A stretch of 64,000 bases of DNA from the human T2T-CHM13v2.0 reference genome, Homo sapiens (GCF_009914755.1 NC_060946.1); one strand, 5' to 3'. Shown: positions 28,000 to 42,011, counted from the stretch's first letter. Notes: generated from the sequence alone by a model not told the origin. Made by a program: numbers and translations.

Positions 28000-28440
28000 T
28001 GTGTGTGTGTCCCAGATGGACCCTGAACTGTGTGTGTGTGTGTGTGTGTATGTGTGTGTGTGCTCTAGGTGCATGTGTGTGTGTTCTTTTTTGTGTATGT
28101 GCACTTGTGCCTCTGTGTGTGTACATGGGCTCTTTCCTGCGTGTGTATATGTGCGCATGTGCTTTTCATGTGTGCGCGTGTGCTCTCTGTGCACATGAGC
28201 TTTTCTCTGTGTGTGTAGATTGGTGCACTTACACTCTTCTCTGTGTACACGGGCTTTTCTCTGTGTGCACGCTTCGTATGTGTGTACTCTTCTGTGTGCA
28301 TGTGCTCTTCTCCACATGTGTGCTCTTCTGTGTGTGTGTGCTCTTCACGTGTGTGCGCTCTTCTCCGTGCGTGTGCTCTTCTTTGTGTGTGTGTGCGTGT
28401 GTTCTTCTCCGTGTGTGCACACATGCTCTTTTCTCTGCAT
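28000..28440 (+). repeat. TG-rich degenerate low-complexity repeat (tgtgtgctcttc-like units)
   Basis: Visible directly. Confidence 0.9.
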
Positions 28441-28826
28441 AGAAGGCTCCTCTCCTCCTCCCTCCTCAGCTTTCACTACCCTCTCTTCCCGTCACCTCTC
28501 TGCAGTCTCCCTTCACCAAGTGCTTCTATCTTCCCTGTCCCTTTCAATGGAGTTACTTCTGCCCCTTCCTCTCTGTGCATTTTTCCACTCAGACAGGTGG
28601 GGGCCCTGAGGTCCTGACTGGTTGACGTTTGAAGTGCCAGGCTGCAGCATTGCCTGGTAGAGGAAACAGATGGGAGAGGCTGATCACAAACCCAGGCAGG
28701 CACCCATGGCATTCATTATCTGTCCACACAGACCCCCAGAATGAGCCCAGGTCCTGCCAATGGCACAAAACCTGGAGAAGGGAGGAAGGGGAGGGCTCAC
28801 ATGCAGGGCATCAGGGAGCAGCTGCG

Positions 28827-28901
28827 CCATCCTCGCCTCCACCGTCCTCGCCTCCACCATCCTCGCCTCCACCATCTGCGCCTCCACCATCCACACCTCC
28901 A
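28827..28901. repeat. 5 x 15-bp minisatellite CCATCCTCGCCTCCA
   Basis: Counted directly; last two copies diverged. Confidence 0.92.
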
Positions 28902-29019
28902 TTTAGCCACAAAGAGCTTCCCAGTCCTCCTCTGTGCCGGCCGTGCAGGACTGAGGGCACTGCTGTAAAGTGGGTGGAGGAAACCCTTCCCAGGGACCCA
29001 CCTTGAACTGGGTGAGAGC

Positions 29020-29520
29020 CACAGGCCAGAGCCGGGGCAGTGCGGTGGAGGAGCTGCTGCTTTGGGTAGGGAGGTGGCAGAGGAGCTTGTCTCTGAGGAG
29101 ATGCATGTGAACTAAGACTTGGGTGGAACATCGTGGGAGCCGTGGGAAGTTTGGGAGACGGGGATTCCAGGTGGAAAGAGCAGCAGTGCAAAGGCCCTGA
29201 GACAGCCGCAGAGTGGCTGGGCCTGGTGAGAGAGCACCCATTGCCGGCGAGGAGGCCAGAGAGCAGGGAGCGGCCAGGCACACACCTGAAGCCATGCTCA
29301 GGAGTGCATTGTCTCGTCAGGGTCTTGGAAAGCCACGGGGGCCGGATGGTGTGACCTGACATTTTTAGCAGCAACCTCTGCTGCTCAGCGGGATGTGGAG
29401 CATGGGGGTGTTAGCAGGAAGACCAGCCAGGAGACTGTCACTGCGGACCAGGCACAAGGTGATGGTGGTCAGGCTTGTGGCAGTGGAGTCGGGGGAAGGG
29501 GCTGGATGCCACACGCATCT
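29020..29520. mobile_element. L2 fragment
   Basis: cagtgcaaaggccctgagacag...gaagaccagccaggagactg pattern typical of L2; approximate. Confidence 0.5.
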
Positions 29521-32011
29521 GGGGTGTGCTATAGTGGTGATGGCGTGTGGGGTCCGCAGGTCTCCCTGGGATTCTCTGAGGGGCGGACCTCAGGAGCAGT
29601 GCCCTAAAAGCCTGTGCCTTTAGCGGCAGAGCCAGGCTTTGTGTGCAGTGTCACACGCCTCCACGGGACACCCACTTTTCACCGTTGCAGCCTGCTTGCC
29701 ACGTTAAAGGTCATTTTTGTTCAATGCTTGAGCTGGCTGTCCTTTATTTACATGTCAGTTGGATGACAGCGGACATCAAGCCGAGTTAAATCTGAAGAAT
29801 TTGGACTGACTGATAGCTTTCTTCAGTCAGTAAGAAATTGGAATTCTCCATTTTTCCTCAAAGTAATACAAGCGTGCTCTTTTAAAGTACATTACTACCC
29901 AGGCTGGTGCGGAGCGTCCCGGAGTCTGGGTGGGCAGAGGCCCTCTGTCCTGACTTGGATGAGGGGAAGAAGGTAATTGCTGGGTCTTTGGGTTGCCTGT
30001 GAAAGGGCACTCACTTGGCAGGTGCTTCAGCACTGTTTGTTTGCTAACTGAAGGCTTAGCCACCTCCTGCCGTGCCTGTTTGGTGGTCCTGATTTGCCCC
30101 GTAGTGCATAGTGCATTCCATGTCTCTCCCGAGGCTGTGCTCAGGCAGAACTCGGTCTATCTCAGGTACAGTTCAGAGATGCGGGCCTCATGGAGGCTCC
30201 TGCTGTGGAACCGAGTCGAGGCCCCGGCCTGCGCAGATCTCTCCCCTGCAGCAGCCTGTTTCATGGTCCACAGAGCCCGGGAGCTTGTTGTGCCGAGAGG
30301 ACTTGGGCTCCCCTCGGCATCCTCCCTGGGTGAAGTTGGGTATGTCCTATTTGCCAAATTGGTTTTATCCAGCACTTAGGCTGCTGAGGAAAGTACTGCA
30401 TTCATGCTTATGAGTAGATATAGCCTTGAGAAAGTGTGTGTTTGTGTGTGTGTGTGCGTGCATGTGTGAGACAGGCCCTCTGAAAGTGAGGGGCCTTGTT
30501 AAATGGTGGGGGTGCTCCACTGCCTAAATTCTTCCTATACACATACACACACACACACACACTCACACACTCACTCACTCACACCCAGCACTGCAGTGCG
30601 ACTGCCCCCTGCTCTGGGCGGTGCCTGCCTTGACTCCCTCTGTCCAGGGTGCGTGCTCCTGGGGCGCTGCACTGCTTGTTCCCTGGGCTGTAGAGGATGC
30701 CGTGTGGCGACAGAGCTGGGTCCAGTGGCTGCTGGCTGCCGCGGTCCTCTGGACACACGTGGAGGGATGTCAGTGGCCTCAGGCACCCCGGGCCTTCTTG
30801 GTTAGGAGGTGCTGGGCAGAGTTTCCCCATTTCTTCCTAACTCTGTGTGGCCAGCTTCCGTGGAGTCACCGCCTCTGTGTCATTCCTTCTTCCTTCTGTT
30901 GCTGCTGCTCCTGTTCTTGTGTGGCCCCTGTCCCCTCTGCCCCCTGCTCCTGACCCTTTTGGGGGCTCAGAGGCCCCTCAGAGGCTTGCTGGTGAGTGGA
31001 CCTAAGGGCTGTTGAGCTGGACCCGTGCCCCGTGCCTGCCTTCAGGGACCCAGCCTGCCTGTCTTCTAGTCACACGCCGTCCCCTGGGCTTCCTTCACGC
31101 CCTAGGGGCTCGGCAGGGCTGGGGCTGCGCGTTGGTGACTCGTGGTGCAGCACTGTTGGCTGAGGGGTTGCCGCCCTGCTTCTTCATCTCCCTCTGGCCC
31201 CACACGGCTCCTCTGGCCGCTACTTGCAGCTCGGCTAAATAGCATTCGCATCATTTGCTAAGCTTTGGTACATGAGAAATTCTTAAATGGCACTGTGTTG
31301 TTGAGTGGGTTTGGTCTTTGATGTTAAATATTCAGTTCTCTCTAGAAAGTTGTCAACTGAAAATGGAAAGCGTGTATGAATATATGTGCGCGAACATATT
31401 CCTCATTCCACCCGCGTCTCTCAGGTGCCTGCTGTGTTAGGTGGTGGCTCTGTTACTCACCTGAACAGCCGTGTGCACTGCATGCTAGCGTGGGGTGGCG
31501 GGGGGCCTGGACTTTAGGGCTGGTCATGCCACTCTGGGTAGTCTCCTTGGGTTGAGAGACTTCACCTGTCGGTCCCAGGTCCCTCCTTTGTAGGTCCCGG
31601 GTTGATGGTGATTTTGGGGATGGAGCCTACCAAGCCCAGTAAGATTTAGGATTGTAGGCAGGGTAGGAAGGGATCGACTCCCCAGGGTGCAAGTGTAGTT
31701 GGCTCTGCGGGGCTGAGTTTGTATGGCAGCGATGTAATTCATCCATCTGTCGGAGCGTGTGTTCCTGAAGTCTACCTCCTGTGCCTTGTTTGTATGGACA
31801 GGCCTGGACAGAGCAGTTGGGCCTGGCCTTAGCTGGCAGGCAGCCCGAAGGTCAGGCTGGAGCCATCAGCCAGTGACCCAGTGGAGAGGAGTGGGAACTA
31901 GAGGGCCACACAGTAGGGAGTGGTTGGCTCTTCCAAAAAGAGAGTGGGGAGGGAACAGGTGGCAGCAGAGTCTTCACGGAGGGAGTGGTGCTTGAAGTGA
32001 ATCCTGAAAGC

Positions 32012-32155
32012 CAGGGGAGTCGAGACCCAGGGTGCGGGAGTGGCAGGCTTTCCAGGCAGAGGTAGGAGTACGGGCTGATCACTCAGGGGGATCGAGACCC
32101 AGGGTGCGGGCGTGGCAGGCTTTCCAGGCAGCGGTAGGAGTACGGGCTGATGACT
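32012..32155. repeat. 2 x 72-bp tandem duplication
   Basis: tcgagacccagggtgcggg...gtaggagtacgggctgat at 32020 and 32092. Confidence 0.92.
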
Positions 32156-32724
32156 GGCAGGCTCAGTTGGGGAAGAATGCTGTAGCTCAGTGCAGCCACA
32201 ATGTGGGTGCTGGCTGGGGAGACCCTGGGGCAGGGACCAGACTGAGGGGCCAGGGGTACTGCACTGGGGGTGGTGGGGGCTCTGTCCGTGGGAGGTGAGG
32301 AGCATGCAGAGGTCTTCAGCCAGGTGTGCACATGTGCACGTGTATGGTGTGGGTGATAGGATTGTGTTGCACCTTGGTATAATGAAACCCTCCTTATGAG
32401 TGAAGATGGGAGCGAGTAGGTGGGAATAAGAGGTGGTGGAGAGAGGGTCCACTGAATATATTGAGAGTATTGGAGGGAGGAGGCCGGAATGACTCCTGCA
32501 TGCCTGGCCTGCGTGCCTGAATGCCTGCTGAGATTTCGTAAGTGATGGAAGATGTTTAAGTTTGTCTTCTTGAATGGTGATACCTTTTCAGAGGTTTAAA
32601 GAAATCTGTTTACTTTATGAGGGAAATTTAGAGCATCCACCCACCCACCTGTCCATCCACTCATCTGCTCGCCTGCTCACTCATCCATGCCTCCCTCCCT
32701 GAGGAAGTCTCCACTGATAGGTCA

Positions 32725-33206
<482 letters not shown>

Positions 33207-33322
33207 TTAATATTAGGAGCAATGAGAAAATACAGTGTACATTTTAAGTAATAGAATGCTTTCATTTTAAAGTTTCTGCCATGTTTACTTTTTGCTTTAC
33301 CACCTGTTCCATTTTCTTTCAG

Positions 33323-33437
33323 ATTTTTGAAAGGATCTTGTTCATATGGGCGATCCGCCACCCAGCCAGTGGATACGTTCAGGGTATAAATGATCTCGTC
33401 ACTCCTTTCTTTGTGGTCTTCATTTGTGAATACATAG
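33323..33437 (+). CDS. TBC1D22A: TBC1D22A coding exon (115 nt, phase 0-1): IFERILFIWAIRHPASGYVQGINDLVTPFFVVFICEYI, contains the YxQ glutamine finger
   Basis: Acceptor ccattttctttcag, donor ATAG|gtaaga; GYVQGINDL is the TBC signature motif. Confidence 0.97.
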
Positions 33438-33744
33438 GTAAGATTTCTTGCAAACATTAAACGTGAACTTTAGTGGACTTGCTGTGTGTTACTATGTATA
33501 ATTATAACAATATTGAAAATTGCTACTAAGTGTAATGTTATTAATGATAGGTAATATTAGAGAATAATAGTTTTCTCATCAACAACAGCTTTCCAAAATG
33601 TCTTTAATCTACATGCTCAACTACTGAAGACATTAAATTGCAGTTATAATGATGAATATCTTCTTTTTAACAATATTTGAAGATAGATAATATATTTGGG
33701 GAGTGTAGTTTATTCTAAAGGCCATCACAGTAATGGCTTTAATG

Positions 33745-34103
<359 letters not shown>

Positions 34104-34582
34104 AGTGGCTTGAATTTAAATGGATAAGATTAAGGTGATAGAGTGTCAGTCACATATTTTGCTTACAAGCTGAAAATCAAATCTTCTTTAATTGCGTTTC
34201 TGTGGCCTTTCATCACTTTTCTACTTTTGCTATACTAGTAACATTTGGTTTCATGAGAGTATTAATTACTTGTGAAATAACTGGTTGAACAGTGTTTTAG
34301 GTTGGGCTGTGTTTTTATGCTGTTTCTTTTTAAGTACTGCATATTTTTCCTTTATCACAGTCAACTGTAATGTAACTTAATCTGTTTTGAATATGTTTTT
34401 AAGTTAAAACCTCTGATAATAAAAGTGAGGATCTGCTTTTTAATGCGTCTATGGATAAAACATAAATAGGAAAGAGGGGACTTTACTGTTTAGTCACAGC
34501 ATTTTAATTTAAACCTGGTTTTGTCTTCCTGCAAGCCTTCTGGACTTGGTGCTCGCCTGTTGTTATTACATGGTGTTTTTAG

Positions 34583-34683
34583 CCTTTCCAGGTTGTGGTC
34601 GGCCTCAGATTCCCATCCTTGCTGTGATCTGGAGAGATGAGCCTTACCCGAGGACAGATGAACAGATTATCCTCAGAAGATGA
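34583..34683 (+). CDS. TBC1D22A: Probable alternative terminal exon giving a truncated TBC1D22A C-terminus: (A)FPGCGRPQIPILAVIWRDEPYPRTDEQIILRR*
   Basis: Acceptor tggtgtttttag at 34582; reading continues in phase 1 from the 33437 donor to TGA at 34681-34683; peptide matches my recollection of a short TBC1D22A isoform (unverified). Confidence 0.6.
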
Positions 34684-34787
34684 GGACATATCCAAGTAGT
34701 GAATTTTACTGCAGCCCTCTGACACTTTGTTTCCATTTGTGATTTCATAGGAGGTTGTCTCATTGCTAAGCAACTAATGAGAGCTGC
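34591..34787 (+). repeat. Dispersed duplication, copy 1 (partner at 37215-37404)
   Basis: Direct alignment by eye, roughly 85-90% identical. Confidence 0.92.
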
Positions 34788-35402
34788 CTCGGCTCACTCC
34801 CTAATCATCTCTTAAGTAGGGGAGAGGCTACTCCTGAGGGTGCTTGCTTTTCTGCCTCTTACCCCTCATTTGACAGATAATGAAAATGCTCTTAATGATC
34901 CTAGAACAGTAGGACCTCTGTCAGTAGACTTCAGAGTTGTTAATTGAAAGGAGAAGTTCAACTGAGATGTGATTAGAGAATTGATATTCCATGTTAAATA
35001 GACCATTTAATTAATGTGGTAAATAAGTTTGTTTTAACTACTTTACCGCCAACTTCTGTTGTAAGACCTAAGCGATTCTTAATGCATTTGCCTGATTATC
35101 TGCAAGACAGGATGAAGGGGCATGACCACGATCTTAATTGTCCAGAAGAAAGAAAGCCTGGAGAAAATGGAATTTGTGTCCTATAAGTGGTGTCTTCAGA
35201 TGAGCTCAGAGACACTCTCCTTGCCTTCCTGCGTCCCCATCCTTCCTGCATCGCCGTCACACACGCAGGCACATGCACACACACATGCACACATCAGAAC
35301 ACAACTACACATTGGGTATACGGTGTCACTTTTGAACATCTGTGTAAAACATACCATTTATTTCTGTCAGTCAACTATTAAGTGGACATATAAAAATGTT
35401 TG

Positions 35403-35781
<379 letters not shown>

Positions 35782-36593
35782 TCATTAGTACAGTCCAAGT
35801 CCGCCTTTCATTATGTTGTAAAGAAGCGTTTAACTTGCGTGGTGTGCTGTCCAGATTCCTTATGGGGCTGAAGTTGAGTCATTCACGCGGCCCTTCATGG
35901 AGCACCTGCCCTGGTGCTGGGTGTGGTGCAGAGCGCTGCGGTGGGGAGATGACTTCGGTTCAACGCAGCCAGTGTTGACAGAGCATCTCCTGGCCCTGTG
36001 CTGTGGGAGTGGGGCAGGAGAACAAGGAAAGCCTGATCCCTGTCCTCTTGGAGTTTGTGGTTGTAGCACGGAAGACAGATTTTAGAGGAGTAATTTAAAG
36101 TCTTAATTAAAGTAATTAACATTCACATTATCAAGAGGAAGCCTGGGCTGCTGTAGGGACCTGTCCCCTTATAGGGGTCAGGGGAGGCCTCCAGGGTGAG
36201 GTGATGTTTTAGCCATGTCTCGCGGGATGAGGAGGAGGCTAGATTGAGGCCGGGCATTCAGAGAGGGCAGCAGAAGGGCCGGCCTGGAATCCAAGGTGCA
36301 GTGACAAGTAGTGGCATTGGGAGGAAGGGCAGGGCGGCTTGGGCTGCAGTGCTGAGAAGGAGAAGCTTGGGGTCGAGTCCCAGGGGTGTGCGAAACCCCC
36401 AGCCACTGTGCTCAGGTTCTTATCTTTGAACATTCATTCTGGCAGCTGCGTGGATGAGATTGGAGGGTTTCTGGGGAAGCTCATAGACCAGGGACCCGCA
36501 GGGTCCAGCACCGGCAGAGGCACGGGTGCCCTCCAGAGAGGCTATTCTGGTTTGCTGAACTCTTAGTTTGCTGGGTCTTCAAGCCGGTAAACC

Positions 36594-37127
36594 TCAGATG
36601 CTCTGCTTAGTGAAGATCTTCAAGATTGACTGTTCCTTCAGAGAACAGAGCCTGGTAATGGGATTCTGTGGTTTCGACACCTGAGCACCTGCCAGTCCTT
36701 GGGCCTCAGCGTTCAGGTTATCATGTGACCGCTCATACACCTTTGGTGCAGCTGCCAGTGGCACTAGCCCGGGTGTGGCTACCTCCTGAGAGCTGCAGCT
36801 GGCCTGGTTCTGGGGATGAGCTTGTGTTGTTACTTGGATATTCCTCTTTTCTTTGAAGTACAGGATAGCATCCCAGTTAATCAAAGGTTTAAGAAATCCC
36901 CGGGGTGTGGGATTTCTCCAGGGGCTTTCAGGCAACAGCAGACAGATCTGTGATGCCTGAGTGGGAGCTGGGCTCTTTCTGGGGATGTGTGTTCGCCATG
37001 TGTCCAGAGCCTGTAAAGATCCACAGATCCTGGCCTGCCATATGCTCCCACTGGTTTCACGGGAGGTGGGGAATCCTGGAGTGTGGCATTGGTCCTGAGT
37101 AGGAGCAGCTCTTCGGGAGTGGCTCAT
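36594..37127 (-). ncRNA. Antisense locus with a 177-codon putative ORF (MSHSRRAAPTQDQC...), recalled as FLJ32756 / TBC1D22A-AS1; transcript ends unknown
   Basis: ATG at 37127 (minus strand) to stop at 36594; longest ATG-started ORF noticed in non-repetitive sequence; no recognisable domain; identity from memory only. Confidence 0.5.
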
Positions 37128-37214
37128 CGTTCTGGCTGTCAGTGGGAGGTTCCAACTCTGCACATGCTGGCACTCAGAGCCCTCTCAGTGTTACGTTCTT
37201 TGACTTGGAAAGAA

Positions 37215-37404
37215 GGATGTGGTGGGCTTCAGATTCCCATCCTTGCTGTAATCTGGAGAGATGAGCTTTACCCGAGGACAGATCATCCCCCGAGGATGAG
37301 GACATATGCATGTAGTGAATTGTATTGCAACCCCTCTGACACTTTGTTTCCAGTTATGATTTCATAGGAGGTTGTCTCATTGCTAAGCAACTAATGAGAG
37401 CTGC
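37215..37404 (+). repeat. Dispersed duplication, copy 2
   Basis: Same sequence with an ~8-nt deletion; 3' ~48 nt identical to copy 1. Confidence 0.92.
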
Positions 37405-40227
37405 TGTGGTTGAGGTTGACACACAGGACCTGGTCTGAAGGCAGACCAGTCGACTAGGTGAACTGCTTCCCAGCACAGAGGAGAATGTTCATCTTCAGCA
37501 GGAGGCTGGCCAGGATGTCAGAGTCAGAGAAACAGTTTGTAGTGGGGGAGCAATGCTCAAGCTGTGTGGAGGTGTGCTCAGAGGTGGGTTAGGGTTCGAT
37601 GGGTCTCCATGGGTGCCAGGACACTGCCGGCCTGAGTCAGGAATACATGGTATGCATCCCAGCAGTCCTCGTGGAGCTCACCACTATTTGAGAAGGGCAG
37701 TTTGGTCCTGCTGTTGATGGATGCAGAGTCTGTAAATGCATGTTTAGGGCATGCTCTTGCACACACACATGCTGTGCACACAGGCGTGCAGGCACGTGCA
37801 CGCGGACATACATAACCATACAGAGACACAAACCCACTTGCACACTCCTCACTAGTGCTAGCCTCAACCTCTCCAAGCAAATGGGGAACAAATCTGTAAT
37901 CAACCTTTGTTTGAGTGGCACCCACCAGTTTCGCTCAGGCCCTGGAGGTGCCTGTCATTGGAGAAAGAGGTCAAGCGATCTTGCGTGACCTCAGAGGCAG
38001 GGGCAGCCGTGTGCAAAGCATGTGAAGACAGTGAAGTCCAGTAAATACAGCCAGTTCGACATCACCGAAGCTTGGGGAGAAAACTCTACAAGTGAAAACG
38101 AAGTGAGAGGGTATAATGTGATGGGAGAGATCGATCATGGAGAAGTTCTCTATGCCAGGAAGGTTTCGCAGCTCATAAATTTCAGAGGTTGAAGCCTTAG
38201 GGAGTGGGGAAGAAACTAGAGGCACATAGTGATACATTTGCTGAAGCTTGAATGTGCCCATTCCAGATCAGAGCCAAGCGTGCGTGCTTGTTCTTGCAGA
38301 TTGCGTCCTTGACCCATGGGGCGGGCAGAGTGTGGAGGAGACTCCAGTTAGCACAGCCATTGGAGACGACACTCAGCTAGGAACAGGCGGAAGACACACT
38401 TTTTAGTCTAATCTTTTAGAATTGAGAGGAAACAGCAAGGCACGTGCTACTTTGGACTTAGTTCAGGCCATGGAAGAAGGCAGGTCTAGGATGAGAATAA
38501 CATAGGGTCCAGGGCATCTTAGAGTTTGTAACAGCAGAGGAGTGACACCTGGTCTAGAGACACTGAGGGGTACAGGAGCAGGCCCAGACCAGAGGCCGGT
38601 GGAGGCAGGAGACTCGCTGACGGAGGACTGGGCCTGAGAGGAGGGCCTGGTCCTGGATGTCAAATAGGCTGCTGTGAGGGCACCAAGGTGGCTTGGTGTG
38701 AGTAGAGGGGAGCGTGAACGAGAAGGAAAAATCCAGTCACCTCCTAGATTCCTGGCCCTGTGAGGGGTGTGGTGCCGTTTACCAGGATGAGACGTGGAGT
38801 AGAAAGAGCGGGTTGAGGAGGCGGGATGGGGTTCTGATTTAGGATGTGCTGAGTGTGCTCTGTCGGCAGTGATTGAGTAGAAGAGTCTGTTGGGATCCGG
38901 GCCTTGGCAGGAGATCTGCAGTGGAGGTTAGTCTGGAAATTGTCGGCCTGGAAATGGCTGCTGACAGTCGCGGCTGTGGATGTGTGTGTCTGGGGAGAGT
39001 GGAGTGCAGCGGGTCACAGGATCCAGTGGCTCTCTGATGTGTCAGGGGTCTCCGAGCTGTGACTGTCTGTGACTCGAGGAGCTGGCAATGGGGCTGTCCC
39101 ACAGGGAGGTTTATGGCGCTCTCCCATGCCGGAGTCTGGGCGTTGAGAGTCCAGGTGGCTCCTGCTGCTGAGGGCCGCCTTTGGGATCTGTGAAGGATGC
39201 AATGCAGCTCTGGGGCCTGACCGCTGGGGTCCAGATCCAGACGCTGCCCCTGAAGAGCTGCAGGCGGCCTTGGTGCCTCAGTGATCTCTGCAGTGGACAC
39301 GAAATGGAGATCGTAATGGCACCAGTCCCTTGGTTGGTGTGAACACTGAGCGAGGCAAAAACAGCTTAGAACCAGGTATGGAACGCAGTAAGTGTCCAGT
39401 ATGCGTTGCTCTTGTGATCATCGTTACTGTCACTTTCTTTGTTGCTGCCTGTGGCTTTCCTCTGCTTAAAATGGTGGCCGCATCTCTGCTCTGTCCCTGT
39501 CCTAGGTTTGGAGAGAGGGAGATGGTGCAGGGTGCAGGGCCGAGGCCAAAGCACGCCTCAGCTGAGCCTATGTGTTTTCGGAAGCTTTCCTGGAACCCAC
39601 ACAGCGATGTCCTCCATCAGCCACACCCTTGCCACCCACCAGCCACAGGGGACCTGGAGAAGATGTGGGTGGAGACAGGAGGCAAGGAAGAGGGTCTGTG
39701 TGTGTGTGCATGCAGGCTGCCAGACCAGTGTGTGCCCCGGGGAGAGGTATGGTGGTGTGGTAAGGAAATGGAGAAGAAGTGGTTTCAGAGGTAAGACAAA
39801 GGCCAGGCCTGAGGTATCACAGAAATCAAGGGAGGGGACAACTTCAGGAAGGAGGGAGTGGTCAGCAGAGCTCATAGGGATGGAGACTGAAAATTGGTCA
39901 AAGCATTTGATAGTGGGGATCTTGCTAGCGACCTGCCAAATCTGGCTGAAGAATAGTGGCAAGCAAACTGTCACATCAGCTCCCTGCCCTCCCTCAGAAA
40001 TGGGGGCCTGAATGTTTCTGTGCTTGGGGAAGATTGCACTCAGTGGACCACAGCCTCTTGCAACTTTATTTTAAATAATTTTTTATGATGGAAAGTTTCA
40101 AACACAAAGTCAACAAAATTGTCCGAAGAACCCGCGTGCCCGTCATCTGACTCCAGCAGTCACCGTTCTCCTTCCTTCTGTCCCCCACCCACTCCCAACC
40201 TCCATGCAACTTTACTTACTACTGCTG

Positions 40228-40975
40228 TTTAAAAACAGCTTTATTGAGATTCAGTTTAGAAACCATAACGTTTACCCACTTAGAGTGTAAAGTTGAAAGA
40301 TTTTTAGAATATTTAGAGTAGTGTAACCATCAGCACCTTTGTTTTTAGAATATTTTCATCATCCCCAAAAGAAATCCTATACTCATTGGCAGTCACTCCC
40401 CATCCTTCCCTTTTCTCTTGTCCACTAGCCCCAGGCAGCCTCTCATTTGCTTTCTGTGTCTGTGGATTTGCTTCTTCTGGACATTTCACGTGAGTGGAAT
40501 TACATGGTGCGTGGCCCTTTGTGTCTGGCTTCTTCCACTTGGCATCATGCTTCCAAGGTTCATCCACGCAGCGTGAATCAGTACTTCCTTCATTCCGTAG
40601 CCAGGTAACGTCTCCGGGTACGGACGCAGCACGTTGTGTTTCTCCACTCATCTGTTGGTGAACATTTGGATTGTTTTCATTTTTCGACTAATATTGTTTC
40701 CATTTTTGACTAATATTTTGACTAACAGGAATAACGTTGCTATGAGTATTCATGTACAAGTCTTCGTGTAGATATGTGTTTCCATTTCTGTTGGTATATA
40801 ACTGGGAGAATTACTGGGTCACATGGTTACTCTGTTTAACCTTTTGAGGACCTGCCGGACTGCTTTCCCACGTGGCGGCACCATTTTCCCTGCCCATAGC
40901 ATTGTGGGAGGAGCGTATGTTTCCTCTTCCTGCAGGAGTGTGTCCACATCCTGGTCAACACTTGTCATCATCTTT
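40228..40975 (-). mobile_element. L1MB-type 3' UTR fragment
   Basis: aacagctttattgagat...ttttagaatattttcatcatccccaaaagaaatcc...ggcagtcactcccc. Confidence 0.75.
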
Positions 40976-41289
40976 CACTCTTTTTTTTTTTTTTGTAGAC
41001 TTTACTGAATCTTATATTAATTTAAAGAGATTGAGTTCTGCCTCTTACTCTCAAACTGTGATAAAAACTCAGATAAGAAGGGATGTTGACTGTAGAAATC
41101 ATTTGTAAAGAGGAATAAATTCCCCGGTGCTGCTGTTTTCCCCATAGCCCAGCAACTTCAGTGTTGACAGCCTTTGTGCCCAGTGCCAAATTCCCTGTCA
41201 TAAGAGGGAACCTTTATGGCAACTGTTTAACCCCCTTAAAATGGATGCACATGCTGATGTTTTCTTCTAGGCTTAAAGCTGAGTGTTAG

Positions 41290-41627
41290 GTATATATGTG
41301 TTTGTTTGTATGTATGTATGTATGTATGTATGTATGAATGAAGGAGAGAGACAGAGTGTTGCTCTATTGCCTAGGCTAAGTGCACTAACGTTATCATAGT
41401 TCATGGCAGCTGCAACCTCCCAGGCTTAAGTGATGCTCCTACCTCAGCCTCCCAAGTAGCTGGGACTACAGGCATGCACCACCACGCCTGACTAATTTTT
41501 TATTTTTTGTAGAGGCAGAGTCTTGCTATATTGCCCTGGTTGGTCTCAAACTCCTGGACTCAAGGAATTCTTCTTCCTTGGCCTCTCAAAGTGCTGGGAT
41601 TACAGGCACGAGCCACTGTGCCTAGCT
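41290..41627 (-). mobile_element. AluJ with (TGTA)n tail
   Basis: J-type diverged Alu; TSD ~aaagctg(a/g)gt(g/a)tt. Confidence 0.85.
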
Positions 41628-42011
41628 CAAAGCTGGGTATTCTCCCATTCTAATAATCATTTAGTCATGTCCTATGACAATTATACCTTAACTTTTTAGA
41701 AGGGATATATGGAAAGGTAAAATTTCCATATATTCCCTAAAACTCATGGAGGCTGTGATTCTGTTTCATTCCTGATGTGTGCTCTGTTTTCTTTTTTCCT
41801 GTTGTGCCTCTCCCAGGTAGATTCGCTGCTCCTCGAATCTGGGGACTGTGTCGCATGCGTGTGTCATGCTTTGCACAGAGAAGCTTCGTGGATTAGAGAA
41901 ACTCTGTTGAATTGGATCCCTACAGAAAGTTTTTGTGTTTATAGAGCACTTTATTAGTATTTGTTTAAACACTGAAACAATATATAATTTTTATTTATTT
42001 TTTGAAGTTAA

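Noticed and set aside
27860-28617. Cys/Val- or His/Thr-rich ORFs
   Set aside because: Products of the TG-rich low-complexity tract
34591-34787. Duplicated intronic snoRNA/scaRNA
   Set aside because: No convincing C box (RUGAUGA) with terminal D box or H/ACA architecture seen; an Rfam/snoscan search would settle it
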